Of a stretch of 34,018 nucleotides of DNA, positions 32,523 through 34,018 are shown in pieces. This DNA is from an uncultured Dehalococcoidia bacterium (GTDB taxonomy: Bacteria > Chloroflexota > Dehalococcoidia > DSTF01 > CAZFGZ01). Below the pieces are notes generated by a model, which saw only the letters and a list, made by a program, of their open reading frames with translations, was not told the origin of the DNA and did not search any database. Within the stretch, counting starts at the first letter, position 1. Every line of letters begins with the position of its first letter. The stretch lies in assembly GCA_964518585.1 (NCBI GenBank), contig CAZFGZ010000004.1, forward strand, positions 1 to 34,018. Reading direction: 5' to 3'. The position numbers were made by a program, and so were the translations under genes.

Positions 32523-33203
32523 CTAGGCCGCCGGCTCCTCCGACAGGCTGATGGAGACTTCTCCGCTCTGGCCCTCTGCGTCCAGGTTCGACCTGAGCCT
32601 TTCCAGCAGGTCCGACCGCACCTGCGCCGGCTCAGCTTCGTGCTCCACCCAGATCTTCAGGGAAGCGCGACGACCGTCGTAGTCCAGCAGGGCCACATCC
32701 ACCACCCCGGCGTTCTCACTCACGGAGCGGTCCACCGTCTTGAGGTCCAGCGAGCCCTGGTCCGCCTCCACCTCCAGCCGGAAGCAGTGACGGGCGAGCT
32801 CCGCAGGCCGGGACGCCTGGACCGAATCCTCCTCCACCCTGCGTGGAGCCTCCGGCATGCCGTACGCCTCCGCGGGCTCGGGCTCCGCCTGCGGAACAGC
32901 CTGCAGCGCCGGGCTCGGGGCCGGGCTCGGGGCCGGGCTTGAAACCGGGCTTGGCGCGGCCTCCACTTGAGGCGTGTCCGCCGACCTTATCATCTGCTGG
33001 ATACGGGCCAGGGTCGCATCCAGGTCGCCCAGCACAGACTCCAGGGCAGCGACCCGGGGCAGGAGCGCCCTCATCTCGGCGGCGCTCCGCGTCGCCTCGC
33101 CGAGGCCCGTCTCCAGGGCCTCCAGCTTCTGCCCCAACTCGGCCACGATCGACGTTACCTCTCCCTCGGAGGTACCCGTGTCGCTAGACCATTGCTCGTT
33201 CAT
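32523..33203 (-). CDS. Hypothetical protein: N-terminal coiled coil, proline-rich repeat linker, C-terminal globular domain
   Basis: 226-aa ORF with protein-like composition, whereas the overlapping + strand ORFs are Arg/Pro/Gly-rich shadow ORFs. It contains SPAPSPAPSPA. No family recognised. Confidence 0.5.
   Translation of the reverse strand: MNEQWSSDTGTSEGEVTSIVAELGQKLEALETGLGEATRSAAEMRALLPRVAALESVLGDLDATLARIQQMIRSADTPQVEAAPSPVSSPAPSPAPSPALQAVPQAEPEPAEAYGMPEAPRRVEEDSVQASRPAELARHCFRLEVEADQGSLDLKTVDRSVSENAGVVDVALLDYDGRRASLKIWVEHEAEPAQVRSDLLERLRSNLDAEGQSGEVSISLSEEPAA
32911..32940. repeat. Short tandem repeat (12-nt unit GGGCTCGGGGCC, about 2.5 copies) inside the CDS
   Basis: GGGCTCGGGGCC occurs at 32911-32922 and again at 32923-32934, followed by a partial third copy. 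It encodes the (SPAP)n linker on the minus strand. Confidence 0.7.
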
Positions 33204-33469
33204 GCTAGCTCCTCCCGTGCTCTGTTGTCCGAGGCATCCTACCGCCGGTGGCGCCCGGCCGGCTGGTATCGGGTGGCGAGCCGCGCGCGGACCGGCGCTC
33301 TTTGCTGATTATCGACAGGGCAGAGGCAGAACTAGAGCGGGTCGGCAGCCGTCTGAGGGGTATTTGGTGGTGAGCGCGAGGGCGGCCCGAAGGGGCGCGG
33401 GGCACGCTTGAGAAAAGCACCCCCGCAGCCGTAGTATGGACCCGCTACATGCCCGAGAGGTGATGCCCC

Positions 33470-33679
33470 ATGCAGACGGAGCTCTACGAATCGGACCCCT
33501 TCACCGCCAAGCGGCAGGACCTGCTGGCGTCCTTCGAGTCGGACTACCGGTTTCAGAAGGGCGACGAGATCTACATCGACCGGGCACGGCGGCCCCTGAA
33601 GGTGCGCATCATCGACGTGCGCGTCCACATGAGCGACAGCGGCCGCCTCACCCGCGAGATGCTGGCCCTGAGGCTCTAG
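33470..33679 (+). CDS. Small hypothetical protein (69 aa)
   Basis: ATG is preceded by GAGAGG. GC3 is very high, like the neighbouring genes, and the amino-acid composition is balanced. No family recognised. Confidence 0.5.
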   Translation: MQTELYESDPFTAKRQDLLASFESDYRFQKGDEIYIDRARRPLKVRIIDVRVHMSDSGRLTREMLALRL

Positions 33680-33845
33680 GCGACGGGTGGTAGAGGGAGC
33701 CTGCCCTTTGCCCGGGTGCGCGAGGGGTGGCCACTCGCCGCCGCGTCGTTTCCTTATGGTAAGTAGGCTGCGGGGGAGCGCCCGCTGTCCCACCACCGGC
33801 ATCGATACCGGCCGGCGCCGTGCGACCTGACCAGGCACAGTGTAC

Positions 33846-33916
33846 TTGTCCAGACACATGAGGGACACCTAGAATGGTGTTATCACGACTATGACGATTA
33901 TCATGGTTGTCGTCAT
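33846..33916 (+). promoter_or_regulatory. Promoter candidate plus downstream inverted repeat (possible operator) for a gene starting at the window edge
   Basis: TTGTCC (33846-33851), an 18-nt spacer, then TAGAAT (33870-33875). An inverted repeat ATGACGA-n12-TCGTCAT follows (33891-33897 / 33910-33916), then the hairpin CCCAGG-GCGTT-CCTGGG. A possible ATG at 33977 (MEADMLLRPIRSIA...) runs off the window. Confidence 0.3.
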
Positions 33917-34018
33917 CGGGACAGCGCCCAGGGCGTTCCTGGGCACGATTCATCTGGGGTCGACAGCCTGACAGACATGGAGGCGGATATGCTGCTGCGA
34001 CCGATTCGTTCCATCGCC

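Noticed and set aside
1-34018. Scan for tRNA/rRNA genes, CRISPR repeats, IS elements, integrases and phage genes.
   Set aside because: No T-loop-like GGTTCGA motifs occur in the intergenic regions. There are no regularly spaced direct repeats and no transposase- or integrase-like translations. The only repeats seen are the two alpha paralogues and a 12-nt coding tandem repeat.

Overview
The window is visibly GC-rich, densely coding bacterial chromosomal DNA with strong GGAGG-type ribosome-binding sites. The organism cannot be assigned from the sequence alone. I support about 30 protein genes and found no rRNA, tRNA, CRISPR array, transposase or integrase.

Layout:
- 15-3515 (+): a tightly coupled operon of an MvhD-like protein, an HdrD/GlcF-like CCG iron-sulfur protein, etfA and etfB, closed by a clear hairpin terminator.
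- 3566-5986 (+): a SAM methyltransferase and a CrtI-like flavoprotein.
- 12072-6077 (-): nitroreductase, GctAB-like CoA-transferase, a second etfA-etfB pair and an SCP-x-type thiolase.
- 12312-14292: a membrane-anchored methyltransferase and an ACC-deaminase/D-cysteine-desulfhydrase-family PLP enzyme.
- 23845-14306 (-): the most unusual region. It is a type II DMSO-reductase-family (EbdABC/SerABC/DdhABC-like) locus in the order alpha2 (no Tat leader), EB_dh heme-b gamma (no signal peptide), NarH-like beta, a 267-bp gap, alpha1 (Tat leader), then a translationally coupled NCS1-permease::Rieske fusion. No NarJ/EbdD-like chaperone gene is present.
- 24172-30661: LysM membrane protein, crotonase, cyclase-family protein, PIG-L deacetylase, FAH-family hydrolase, alanine dehydrogenase and an alpha/beta hydrolase.
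- 30918-33679: a membrane coiled-coil protein, a GAF plus degenerate-GGDEF protein that keeps its RxxD I-site, a coiled-coil/proline-repeat protein and a small ORF.

All functional calls come from reading motifs in the supplied translations. No database search was run.
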